A stretch of DNA of 64,000 nt from Penicillus capitatus (Eukaryota; Plantae; Chlorophyta). Shown here piece by piece: positions 1-12,236 of this stretch; position 1 is the first letter of the stretch, and every line of letters starts with the position of its first letter. The notes under the pieces were generated by a model. That model made no database searches and had not been told where the DNA came from. It saw nothing but the letters and a program-made list of their open reading frames with translations. Position numbers and translations under genes: made by a program. The DNA lies in contig OZ287718.1 of the NCBI GenBank assembly GCA_965649825.1, forward strand, positions 62,001 through 126,000, given 5' to 3'.

Positions 1-2610
1 CTCTATGTATTGGATCTCGCCGAGAGTTTCTCAACAGCTGCTGTTAAGAGCTTAGAGATCTTGGACGAAGGGACGTTTCTGGTGGCAGGCGATGCAAAAG
101 GACATGTGTTGGTGTATCAGATCTCGGATGTCTCTCGAACCGTGAAGGTGCGAACATTCCGTGGTCCGGCTCAACCGCCAGAGATCGAGGAGCAGAAACA
201 GAAAGCTGGGTATCAGCTTCTGCTCTGCCTCTCGCTGAATTCGAATCCCATTCAGAAAATCGCGTTCCATCCAGAATCTCATTTTCTGGCTGCCCTGGAC
301 AGCTCTGGCGACATCAGTGTGCTCAATTTGATCACTTTGGAATGCGTGTTCATCCCCTTCGCTTCTATGAAGAGTCAGCACTCTATTGTGGATATTGTTT
401 TCTGTGAGGCTCCTCTGTCTCCCCGAGAACAGGAGTCGCCCATTGAAGTGGCACTGTTCGTGGCGGATGAAGCATCCAATCTCACGGCAGTGGATCCCAC
501 TTCTGGAACGATGATGAAGGAATCGGATTGGCTGCACCCCAAGAATGAGAGCAAAACTGTACGACTGATGACATTGGATGAAAATGGCATCTGTCCTGTG
601 ATCTCCACTTTCCACCTTGGAGGATCGGATGCATTCTTCTGGACACCTGTTGACACCCTTGATGAGGACGGTAGCCACGCCGCTGAGTCATCGCAGCGTA
701 GGATTCTTCGCAGAACGCCGTTTTAAGGACTGTCATGAGAATACAATATTTCCTTGTGTGCAGCGAAGACAGAGGATCTGATTGCATCCAAAGAAGATGC
801 GCTGTCAGAAGGGGCAGAGAAGAGCACAGAAGGACAGGAAGCATTGAACAGCAGGTAACGCATGTGTGAGGATGCTCTTGGAGTGTATGTATCCTCCTTA
901 CAACATTGCCGCGATGTATAATCGACTGGTCCAATGATGATGTGTGTCTTTTGCAGGACCACTTCGGAAGCAGTCTCTGTCGAGATCGAGTCTGGACAGA
1001 CTGGAACAACAACGACAGGCAATGGGTATACACATCATGAGCGTTTCGTCTCGGACGACGCAGAGACGGATGCGCTGTTGGCAGCTGCTGTGGCCAAGCT
1101 GGATGAGAGACCCGTCGAAGCGCAGCCAAAACCGCGCAAAGGTGGAAGCACCCATGCACTTCTGCAGATCATGATCTGTTTCTAGGACTGGGCCCCTTCA
1201 AAAGAAAGCCGCCTGCTAGCAATCCTGGTAGTGGATCCTTCAAGGTGCCAGATGGTGTTGATGGTACAGCAGACTGCTGCTCATCGTCTTTCCCCGCATA
1301 TGTGTTTTCTAGGCAGGTCAGATGCTGTATCGCCTGTGGCATCGAGCAGTCCATGTCTACTGTTGGTCACCGAAACGTATCTCCGTCTGTATGCTCCATC
1401 GTCGATCATCGCCTCCACCAGAGCCCCGCTGCACAAGATCTCCTTTCCTGGACGGATTGCATGGGCCCTCCCCGTCACCTATACTTCTCAAGATGCAGAT
1501 GAAGTGGCTGAGAGTGGACTGGTTGTCTTAGCCTACGATGGAACCGTCCATCTGTTTTCCTTGCCAAGTCTCGACATCATCGGAACGGCCAACATTGACG
1601 ACATCGTCCGTTTTCCACTCTTCAAGAAGAAAGAACAGGAAGAAGGCTCCTTAGCACATCTAAAGCTCTTTGAAGGAGACGGGGAAGGAAATTTCTATGT
1701 CTGTGGTCAAAATGGCGAGCTCGTGCATTTCAACTGTTTTGATAGCATCGAGGCATTGACGCCTGTTGGATCTCCTGCTTCCATGACACTGTACGATTGG
1801 GATCTGGCTCACGCTGCTCATGCAGCCTCGCAGCTGACACAGACTGGAGCCATGAATGCCAACGTCTCTATCACCGAAGGCATGTGACCTGCTATCTCTG
1901 ATGCGCTTGTCATGTGTGTTCGTTCAGAGCGGACGACCTCGGCAGCCACTATCCGCAAATCGATGGATTTCTTTGTGACCTTGGGCCGAAGAGCACGAGA
2001 CGAGATCGATAGAGTGATTCGGAATCCGGGACGGAGCGACATCGGAAATGGAACAGATGGGACGGCAACGACATCATCAGAACGATATGAACCGCCAGAC
2101 TTGGCGACGCTCTTTTGCGTGAATGATCATAAAACCCCACCCGAAATTCGACCAACTCTTCAACACCAGACCTCGTTGCCCGAACCAACACTGTCACATC
2201 ATGATCACACTGACAGATTTTGGATCGGGAATGGCCTGTAGGGTTCGGGGACCTTTTAGAAAACAGGTAGACATTGCAGACGTGGTGGGAACATCAGGGG
2301 GAAGTCCAAGACAACGAACCGTTGAAGAAGTCCGTGCCAAATACGGCCGAGCGCGTGACACTTACCGTACTGCCCAAGCCAACGATGAGTCTCTCACGCA
2401 TGCACCTGGCAACAGTGGCTGAATGGAGATGTGCATCTGTGTAGACTACAAGGTGTGATGAATGAGAATCTCACGAAGCTCCATGCAAGGGGCGAGCGGC
2501 TGCGATCCCTGAACGACCGTACAGAAGATCTCGTCAACGACGCTCAATCGTTTGCGGAAATGGCGAAGAAACTGGCACAGCAAAAAAGCAAGAAATGGTG
2601 GCAACTGTGA
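1..2610 (+). CDS. Tomosyn/Lgl/Sro7-like (syntaxin-binding protein 5-like) WD40 protein with C-terminal R-SNARE motif; 5' partial, multi-exon
   Basis: WD40-like beta-rich exons (LVAGDAKGHVLVY, LAALDSSGDISVL). The last exon encodes GVMNENLTKLHARGERLRSLNDRTEDLVNDAQSFAEMAKKLAQQKSKKWWQL*, the typical tomosyn v-SNARE coiled coil; TGA at 2608-2610. Confidence 0.85.
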
Positions 2611-2656
2611 TAACAAGACTCAGATTTCGCATTTCTCCCTCATGACTGTCCGTCAC

Positions 2657-3067
2657 TTATGGACCAAATCCTTTGTCTGTTGCTTTCTTAACAGACTTCT
2701 TACCACGCTTGTTCGATCTTGGACCACCAGAAGAGGATATGAATTCCTTCATCTTCTCATCGTATTCTGTTGTTTTGCGTGGTTTGGGTGCCGATCTCGA
2801 CTCCCACCACGAAGAGATGTTGAGATAGAGGACGCCGAGTGTCACGACGGAGAGCGCGACGGTGGCCACAACGAAGAGAACAGGCACGACCGTATCCAAA
2901 ATCTGGCCTTCTACTTCCTGGACGGCGCCAACCGTCACACACGGACGACGTCTTGGCGTCGAGATATACAATTCGCGTCTCTTTCCTGATCGCATCTTCG
3001 ACAAACGAAACCGTCCATTTGGCAGGGCCAACGGAAAAGGAGTCCCTCGTTGCGTCAGCCTCTGCAT
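2657..3067 (-). CDS. Small single-TM protein with Arg-rich N-terminus (probable chloroplast transit peptide), function unknown
   Basis: Intronless 136-aa ORF from ATG 3067. Hydrophobic segment VVPVLFVVATVALSVVTLGVLYL and basic tail ending KGFGP. Head-to-head with RPS17. Confidence 0.7.
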   Translation of the reverse strand: MQRLTQRGTPFPLALPNGRFRLSKMRSGKRRELYISTPRRRPCVTVGAVQEVEGQILDTVVPVLFVVATVALSVVTLGVLYLNISSWWESRSAPKPRKTTEYDEKMKEFISSSGGPRSNKRGKKSVKKATDKGFGP

Positions 3068-3165
3068 CGTAGACGCCACCAATAGTGCCGTACAGAGGGA
3101 GAAGGAGGTCGGTTGACATACATGTGTCGTACAATTGCTGTTTAGAGGGTTTAGTGATTGACGCC

Positions 3166-3557
3166 ATGTCTTGTGCGGCAAGATCTCAGAGTATGATATG
3201 GGGCGCTTCGCTTCGTGCGCCGCCACGTTGCAGTGCACCGAGTGTTGCGCCGCGCTTCGTCGTTCAAGCGACGCAAGAACTCGAAGGCACCGTCATCTCG
3301 ACAAAAATGCAAAAAACCATCGTTGTCTCTGTCGTCCGGCAAGACTTCTCACCAGCTTCTCAATTCTACACATCCTCATTTCTAGACTGGTCAAGCATCC
3401 AAAGTATCACAAACGCATTCGGCGATCAAAGAAAATCCACGCCCATGACGAAGAGGAGGTCTGCAAAGAGGGCGATTTTGTCCGCATCATCCCAACACGT
3501 CCCCTCTCCAAGACAAAGCACTTTGCATTTGCCGAAGTGTTGAAGGAAGTTAAGTAA
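3166..3557 (+). CDS. PRPS17: Plastid 30S ribosomal protein S17 (uS17c), nucleus-encoded; one GC-AG intron 3339-3385
   Basis: Transit peptide followed by [20 protein letters not shown]|[46 protein letters not shown], the uS17 signature. Confidence 0.95.
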
Positions 3558-3779
3558 AGAGTGGTTGGTCTTGTTGAGATACAATGAGCGTTTTGTCCCG
3601 TCCACATGTCGACTTAAATACTCCTTTCATACGTTTGTTTTACATCACAGGTGTTCCGTTTCATCCACGTACCTACCAAGAAAGTGCAAATCTGCATATA
3701 GGATACGCAGCACATTGCGCGTCTCTTCGAAAACTGGACTTCAAGTAGCAGAGTTTTCCCGCACCGTATTCATTCGCAT

Positions 3780-5161
3780 ATGGCCGCCGCTCATCACAAC
3801 GTTCACGATACGGAACCACCTCGTCGGCATTTTCTTAACACAGACAGCCGTCGTCATGCTGAAGATTCGGCACGTGGATGCTTCAGTCTCCACGAGAGAT
3901 ACCAACGCCTCAAAAACGGCATCTTTTCCAGGGTACCGCCACTAGAAGGTAGTAGGAAGAACCTCAGCTCTGGCGCTTTGACATCGACGAAACGAGGCAT
4001 CCTCGAAGACATACAATCCGGAGAACTGCCGCAACCAGGGATGCATCGACATCTTGGCAAGAGCGTGAAGGAACAGTTGCAACGCTCGGCCGAAGGCAGT
4101 CAGGAAGAAGACAAGGGGATACCCGAACACGGAAGAGTACCACAAGAGCCATGTCGACAACAGCGGCAGTGGAGGACGACGTTGGATCTCTACGAACAGA
4201 ACCAAATCTGGATGGATGAAATTACCACCAGCGTGCATTTTCAGCACTCCGATTTGCGGTACACGCCCAGCATTGAGAGCTCGAGTGTCTCAGAGAAGGA
4301 CGTGGACGAGGAACACGAAGCGGATCGCCTCGTGGAGGATACTCCGTTCCGAAATCGTCCATCGCTTCCTCCCATATGCCCCGCTCATGCAGAATCGTCC
4401 AATTCTGGACAAGGCATCATTGGACCTGATGCTCTCGTCGAACTTGCCCGTAATGGTGAATTCTCTGAACTGTGGAGTGCATTAAAGAGAGCACGACTGG
4501 AACAGCATCACCGACAAGAATCCGATGCTGATGCAGAGACCATGTACTATAGTGCCGTCGACACCTTTCTCTCCGAATGGCAGGACGTCATGACCGTCAT
4601 CGACAATGAATCGATGGGCGGCGAGACACATCTTGGTCGACGTTCGGTTTACTTCGATGCGGCCGATTCGCTGCAGTCGAAGGAAACAGTGTTCCCTTCG
4701 GTGAGTGGGACTCCGAAGAGATCGGCAGAACTCATGGCGCATAGCACTTCCTTTCAGACATGTGACACATGGTACCAAGACGGAAGCAGTGTGCTGGAAT
4801 CGGCACGCCAAACGCCGGTTTATGGTGTGACACCGATCGAAGATTGGCAGCGTTCTGTGCGTCGTATGATCCTCGAACGAACACTGGCTTTCAAACAACA
4901 GTCTCGACAGTCTAGATGCGTCATCGTTTTAACAAAGGGGCCGGGAGTGTCTGCTATCAAAGAACAGCCCAGAAGGTATCTTTACCGTTTATATCTATGA
5001 TGTGACGGCTCCGTGCTTTTAGGAACCTACACATGCCGTTAGTCGGCAGATTGTCGCAAGCGTTGGTAGATGCTGATCTGCTCGGAAAAGCAAGGAAACG
5101 GCGTCACTTACCGAATGAAGGACCTTCGAGGCGGCGCGGCGTTCGCTGTGATGCTCGATGA
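3780..5161 (+). CDS. Hypothetical protein (~440 aa), largely low-complexity
   Basis: 406-codon ORF; a GT-AG intron near 4976-5022 leads to a last exon NLHMPLVGRLSQ...RCDAR* (TGA 5159-5161). Confidence 0.7.
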
Positions 5162-5350
5162 CTGACAGCACGACACAAAAGACGCACAGGTTCTGTACAA
5201 AATGCGCGTTCGCACTGAATTTAGAGAATTGTCGACGAACGCCAACGCGACTTCAGTACTAATTTCTCAGTTTAGTATGCGAACTCATTGTCATGATGAT
5301 GCCGATGATGAAGATGGACATTTTTGCGCATGGTTGGGAATATCTTCTCT

Positions 5351-6735
5351 ATGGACGAAGATCGTTTTCTACGAAACACCAAATCTTTCCCAAGAATCCG
5401 TCGCGTCGTCGAACACATGCGACGGGTGTTTTCAACCTATTCACATGCAAGACTGTAAGCATCAACTGCTTCGGATGAGACTTCGAACATGTCCTCGGTA
5501 CCAGCACGAGCAACGGCGATGAAGACGGCACTGAGGACGACCGCTTCGCCTATCCCCTTTCCAGAATGCACCTAAAAGACATTGTCACGGATCAGGACAG
5601 AGAGTCCGACTTTGCTGACACGACATCTCCTCCGATGGTGGAAATTGGAAATACCCGTAGGACTCGTTGTCTGCGTCCATCCGTGTGACTGCATCGGTGT
5701 GTGATGACAGAACTCATTGCGCGTTCACCTTTTGCAAGACACTGCTCGCTGGAGATGCCTTCATTCCGACAGGAGGCACATGTCGCTCCCCATATATCAT
5801 CTCATAGTCATTCAACAGAATCTGAACCGGCGGTCGTTCGTCAGCTGTCATCGTCGAACCCTTCACGTCGCCCGTCGCAGCAAGGTCGGAGCATTTCGTC
5901 CGAGCAGCCACTGTTCTCTGAACGGCCAAAGCCAACGTTGTCTGAACGATTGGTCCGTCTACGGCCGCATGGATGCATTGGCATCAGCGATTGTTTCCCC
6001 ACCACCCTTACTGTAGTTCATCTGAGCCATGATCGATGGTGACTATGTGGGTCGATGTAGGAAGACGGCAGTAATCGACAAGAGCTGTCTCTGAAGGCAT
6101 CGACACGTTCAGAAGGATCTAATCGTTTGGTGCCAGTCTACTCTGTCGATCTGTTACAACACAACCAGATGCCTGTGATTCAAGGCAGCGATTTAGTCAC
6201 GGGTCCTCTGACCGATGAAGAACGGATGTTCCACAAGAACTTCTCCGGAACCTGGGTTGCGAACAGGGCACACAGCGATGGCATTCACCCGATTCTTGAC
6301 TTTCTTGGAATGCCTTCTGACGCATTGGATGTCGAGAAAACCGAATGCATGAAGCTGTATGTCGATGAACACCACATCCATCTGCGGAGCAACGTTCACG
6401 GGTTTGATGCGATCGATGAACAGCGCCCGTGGACAGGAGGAAAAGTGGTCATTGATCGACGAGACAGACGACAGGGCGGGGCAGAATGCTGGGTGGAACG
6501 ATACGCACATGGCCTCATTTTCAGGTAAGATCACGCATGCATGTGTGCGGTCGTTAGCACGATATCTGTTTCCATGGACGACAGGACACGGTGGACAGGT
6601 GATTATGCCAAAGACATTTACGAGTACTTAGAGCTGACTTCAGATTTCATGCACCTGGTGACGCGACAAGATATTTTTGCCGAATCCGAAAAGCACTGGC
6701 AGAGGAGAATCGTATGGGACAGACGTTTGGCATAA
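5351..6735 (+). CDS. Hypothetical protein with disordered N-terminal half and possible lipocalin/FABP-like beta-barrel C-terminal domain
   Basis: Spliced model MDEDRFLRNTK...; C-terminal FSGTWVANRAHSDGIHPILDFLG...WQRRIVWDRR resembles the GxW-start beta-barrel pattern; about 4 GT-AG introns. Confidence 0.6.
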
Positions 6736-7512
6736 AGTGAATGCCATGAATGCTGTCCGTCGTTGTCGTTGTACCACTACTTCTCCATTGTGAAAGCAAA
6801 GCACAAATGAGCCGTTTCTGGCACATTGTTTACTACATCGTCTTTTTTCCCTCCCCACATTGCACGGTGTCTGCACGAGCTATCACCTGCAAGGATCTTT
6901 TTTTCTTGCCTGTATGCCCACTAGCGGATCAGGATCCGGCGGAATCAACGTGACTCCTGTATTCCATAAATGAAACTGCTACTGTAAGCTGGCTAATAGG
7001 CGCGTCATGAGTGTTTAAATCAAAAGATCGTCTAGAAAAGGATGTACATGCATCCTCACGATTCTGATGCCGGTTTAAGGCATTCATGAATCTACTGCTT
7101 ATGTCGTCGGTCATGACCGTTAGATCCCATTACTGGCAGTCATACGTTATTCCCATGGTTCAAGCATCATACTCTTAGACGATTCGACTGTAAGACAAGC
7201 AATAAAAGCCACATCTGATGCACAAACGAGGAATTCTCCTTTCAAATTTGTGTGCTTAGTTAGGCGGTTGTTCAGATCATCAAGACGACTTCATGGTTGT
7301 AGCAAAAAGAATTAACAGAAATCGTAAACGCTCGCAATACACACAGAGCAATAAAACAGAACCTGTCTCAAAGATCTGCAAGGACACTCCACAATGAGAT
7401 GTCTTTCACACAAACAAAACAGGACCACAATCAAACGTGGTCATTCCAGCAATAGTATTATTAACTCGGTGAGTGATGTGTGCCACGTCGACTTGATGCT
7501 AAGCACTTTCCG

Positions 7513-10500
7513 CTACGGTTCATTTGGGGGAGGAACTGAGATGGAAGGGGACCGTGGGCAAAGATACTGCCAGTCAATGAATTGAAAGGTCTGTTTATGT
7601 TTGAGTGGAGGACACTTTGTCCGGATGGAAGAATCCTGCGGCATCCATCACTTGATCGCCAACAGATTGTCCGTAGAGACCCAAACTGGTTCCCGTTGCC
7701 GGAGCCGATGTCGCATTTGATCCCATCCACTGTGCTGCTGCTGCTGGATACACTTCCGGCTGTTGAGGAGGAGCTGCCAGAAAAGGCGTCAATGGCATGC
7801 TCATCCCGTTTGCCCAGATTCCTGCTGTGCCTCCAATGGGATCATCAAAAGGCGTCGCTGGTAGATCTGCCACACAACACCACACGTCCCATCATCGATC
7901 ACCAGCATCGACAAAGGAAATGCAGATGCTCACTGTTTTGTTCTCTCAAGGGCATCAGAGAATCTGGTGCTCTGTTTCCGGATGGACCACCCATGTGATA
8001 CACTTCTTGTTGACCAGGCTTCTTGAATGCCAAAATAGCCGGATCGTTGAATGGACTCGGTGTCACTTGAGAAGCAGTGTTAAGTTGTGGTTGTGGCGGT
8101 GGAAATGTCATATTCGGTTGCGCTGTCATGCCTTCGCCATTCAGCTTACTCGTCGGCTGTCCTGAGAGGCCTCTTGAGTCTTGAAGTGTATTGAGGTATG
8201 CAGTCATTGGATGTGCCTGCTGTCCTTCGCTCACCATTTGATTCTTCTGTAACGTCTCCATGTCAAAGACTCCTGTCCTGTCAATGGCATCAGCAGAAAG
8301 ACGGGTCTGCATGGTTGGCATTGATCCACGGCCACTGAGTTGCGAACTCTTGCCCTGAAGGGGATAGAGCGATAGCCCCGAAGAAGCCGAGATCAAAGAC
8401 TGCAACAAGTCGTTCTGTGTAGTTTCTGTATTATATCCACCTACAGACGCATGATGTGACATATCTGCTGCATTGCATGGATGGTGGATGTCACTATGGA
8501 GCCTACTTAGTGGATAACCTAGATTTGACTGGCCTATATTCGTTTGCCCACCTGTTCCGCCAAAAGGACTCTCCAGATTGCCCACAAAATGTTGTGGCTG
8601 AATGCCGAGTTCCCCAGCCGGATTTTGATTGCCCTGCATCATCATCATGATCATACAATGCTCGAACATTGTGTGCACAAAAGTGCTGTGTGCTTGATGA
8701 TCATCTCACCAAGAGATTGGCGGAAAGGTCGACATTGGGTTGCGCCGTCATCATGTTTTGAGCGAGTTGATCCAATAAAGACCCGGTCATTGCCTGTCGT
8801 TTAATAGCGTCGGCTGCGACCTCATAAGACAGCCTTGATTGAAGAAGACGATCGGAAGCAACGGCTCGTTCCACAGCATCATGTGCCGAGACATGCGTTT
8901 GGAGTTTATTGAATCCAGGAGGGGGACCTCGACGTCCGCTCACTGTCGGCAACAAACGCGTCACAGCCTGAACCATCACACAAACTATCATAGGCAACCA
9001 TCCACGCAGACCACTGCCACTCTGCAGTATGCAAGGCACGTACATCGTCAACCATGCGTTCTGGAACACTAATGCGTCTTCGTATCATATCTGCCATGCT
9101 TGTGTAGTCTCTCGAAGGGTCATCTTCCAATGGTGTTGCCGATTTGGTTGCTCTCAAAAGACTCTCTGCAGACGCGTGGGCCAGAGGATTCAATCCATGG
9201 GTATCGGGAGATTGACGTCCTTCTGAGTTGAACGAGACATGAGAGAGATTGGACTCTGTACTGTGTCTAGGAATGAGATGCTCTTCACCAATGGGATGAC
9301 CAAACGGAGGATCTCCAGACGTCGGAATGCCTCCACGTGATGAACGCGTCGTCACCATCTTGACTTTGACAGGAGAGGACAAAACGGCCACAGTCTTCTT
9401 TTGACCTTGGCCAATACATGGGCTCTGAAAAGGCGATGGGAGAACAGCGCTGCCAGAAGCGGTGCTCTTCAATGCAGTAGATGTCCAAGATCCTTCAGCC
9501 GACTTTCTTGTCATCAATGTCGCTTTGTCCATCTCATGTGACAAACGATCTGTTTTTGTTGATGCTCCATCCAGGCTGTCACGTTGTCTTTGTGTGAGAT
9601 GTGGCCAGTCCTGTTCTTGAGGAACAGATCTTCTTTTGCCGGCATCCAAGTCCAGCCCCACTGAAGCGCGTGATTGCGAGTCTTTCTTGCTGAGACTGCC
9701 GGGTCCTTTAGGTGGTTTTGCCAAACTGCCAGGCACAGGTCCTTTGGATCGATCAAAGTTGATCAAATTGTAGAACTCCGGCTTTCCTTTCGCGAATCCA
9801 GAATTCATCTCCTCTTTAGTAAATGTTCCCTCGTTCACCAGATAATGCATGTACAAACAGTCGGGATTATTACACTGTGCTCCTTTCAGAAAAGCCTGGC
9901 AATACTTTGTCGTTCCAAAGCATGCACGAATGTAGTGCCCTGGCGACACACAATGTGGGTCAGTAAATTTGGGAGAGAAAAAGAGTGAGTGAGATGACAC
10001 ATACCATCCCATACTGCTCCATCGATGGCGGAGACACAGTTCGCAGCATGTTCATCATTTACAAATGTCACGTACGCTGCACCAGTTGGTCCGTTTCTGC
10101 TCTGGCCCGAACTGTAAGGGCTGCTCCGATTCACAGAGATTTTTTTGATTGAACCAAACTGACCAAAGAATTCGTTTTGTGCCAGTACCTACACATACAA
10201 AGGGCACCCATCACACTTTTCTGTTTCTAACACGCGTGCATGAGCACTCTCTCCTTACACTTTCGATGCAGATGTCTAAAGAGAGACCGACTGCATACAC
10301 TAAATTCTTTTGTAGAATTCTCAGTTCCTGTAGATTTCTACGCTCTTGTCCCGTGAGTTTAATTCCCTTTTTTCTGTCGCTCTTCTTCTTTTTCTTCTTG
10401 TTTGTCACTTCGTCAGATAACTCGTCCGTTTTGACAAGGGGCAACGAAACGACTTTCGTTTCATCATACTCTTCTCTGCAATGTGGGCAACGTCTTGATT

Positions 10501-10630
10501 CGGACTCCATCAATCTCTTCCAACAGAAACGGCAGATAGAGAAGCCACATGAACAGTATTGAATGTGACGTTCCGTAGCGTCCAAGGGTTCGACGCACAA
10601 AGGACACTCCTGACCCGCAGCAGTCGTCAT
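7513..10630 (-). CDS. NOT4: CCR4-NOT subunit NOT4-like E3 ligase (RING + RRM + CCCH zinc finger, long disordered tail)
   Basis: CPLCVEPLD...CSCGFSICRFCW...CPHCR RING; LRILQKNLVYAVGL...AYVTF RRM; IRACFGTTKYCQAFLKGAQCNNPDCLYMH zinc finger. The 3' end is approximate. Confidence 0.92.
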
Positions 10631-11338
10631 CACGACAAAAGCCTTCAGTAGAAGCTAAGCGCGAAGAACGAGTGACAAAATGATGGAATCGTGTGCGTGA
10701 TGCCGTGTACGGCGCGAATCGCGTCGGGCCCGCGGAAAACCAAGCGAAGGAAAAGAAAACAAGGTCGACCGTAACTGAAGTACACGGTTTCTTCTTACTG
10801 AGTGAAGTTCGGCGCCGCAGGGTGTGTGTCGTGTCTGTAGAAGTCGTACTGAAAGTTCTTGTCCGATGAAGATCTATTGAGCCGTCATTTCATTCAAGAC
10901 GCCTTGTCCCATCCGTCACATCTCGCAGAGGACATGTTGGACTCCAGCATCTCTCCCACACAGTCAAGACATTTCGGTGCATCTGGATTTACCACGTCGG
11001 TACATCTGATGACACCTGATGGCGTCAGAAGTGTAAATCTGGATAGAAGTCATGGACAACGCCGCTGAATGGATGAAACATGTGCGAACCCATTCGACAT
11101 CGACATGCAGAAGGACGTCTGCAGCTTCGTAACCGACACAGAGGTGATAGCATGGAAACAGATGGGATGGGCACGTTGGATGGTGTGATATGGTACGATA
11201 GCGGTCGATGAATATACGATAAACAGTTTGCCGGTGCAGGATCGAATTGGAGTGGTCCTCCGTTATGAGATGTCTGTCCAACAACGGACGTCTCGCCAAT
11301 ACCACATCCAGCATCGAATGCAGCCTCCTGGTCACTGT

Positions 11339-11945
11339 CTAGAAATCCATCTCCTCGAACTGTTGTGGATGCGCCAAAGGGAGCGTCAAGATTCGGCGTG
11401 AGTGTGTGTGCGAATTACGTCGGGTTGAGAAAGATGGCACAGGTAAGTGCTGTGGTCGAAACAACGGTCCGATGCGGGGAACCGTTGGAAACAGAGCACC
11501 ACTGTTCTACGCATCACTGGCGCCGGTGCCTCTATTAAACGGATGCGCTGAGAAAAATGGAGATGAAGAGACCACTAGGTGACGCAGGGTTGACCGTCGG
11601 TATCGAAATCCACGTCGACTCTCCGATCCGTGCTTGGATCGTCGAAGCGGCTCTGGTCCGTTACAGGTTCAAACTGGCCTTCCGGTAATGTACGAAACAT
11701 CGCTGATCCAGAGTCGCCCACGGTACGTGGCTATGATACAGACGGGAGCGGGGTAGACTGAAAACGGACAGGAGAGAAGAAATGGACGCACTGTCGGCGA
11801 GTCGGCGAGACGGGCCTGAACTGATGTCGTGCATGATGCTCCTGTCTTGCTCTTTTCGCAGCGACGTTTCGCCAAATTGAAGACGGGGGCAGACGTGCAA
11901 TGCAAAACGGGATTCTGTCATGTCGGAAGGAATATGCGCCTCCAT
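11339..11945 (-). CDS. Putative hypothetical protein (tentative spliced model ending ...FEEMDF*)
   Basis: ATG 11945 is divergent from LMBR1. Protein-like stretches (MFRTLPEGQFEPVTDQSRFDD, RIRLIEAPAPVMRRTVVLCF) can be joined by GT-AG introns, but the model is not unique. Confidence 0.3.
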
Positions 11946-12236
11946 CACACCCTCAGCGACTCCAGTACTGAATGAGATCTCACAGAAACAGCAACAGCGT
12001 GCATTGCAACAGGGACATGCACGATAACGTCATGGTCGTCGTTAGTAAAGGTACGTCGCCCGAATGTGGACGTACCGAGGTTGGCTATGATGTGACGTCT
12101 GATCTGTCTGGTCGCAGCACCGTAACGTATCGGTCGACGACGACGCTCGGCTGTATTATTCCTTCCGTCTTCCCGACGATTCGGCTGGCCGGCGCTTGAC
12201 TTATCAGTGACCGTCGTTTCTCTCTGTCACTTTTCA

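Noticed and set aside
6525-6557. Ultra-small introns of 25-33 nt (6525-6557, 16893-16919, ~56616-56640, ~58338-58362, ~61291-61318)
   Set aside because: For all but the ~61291 case I found an alternative in-phase donor or acceptor giving a normal ~49-60 nt intron, and that one is also ambiguous. None can be supported without RNA-seq.
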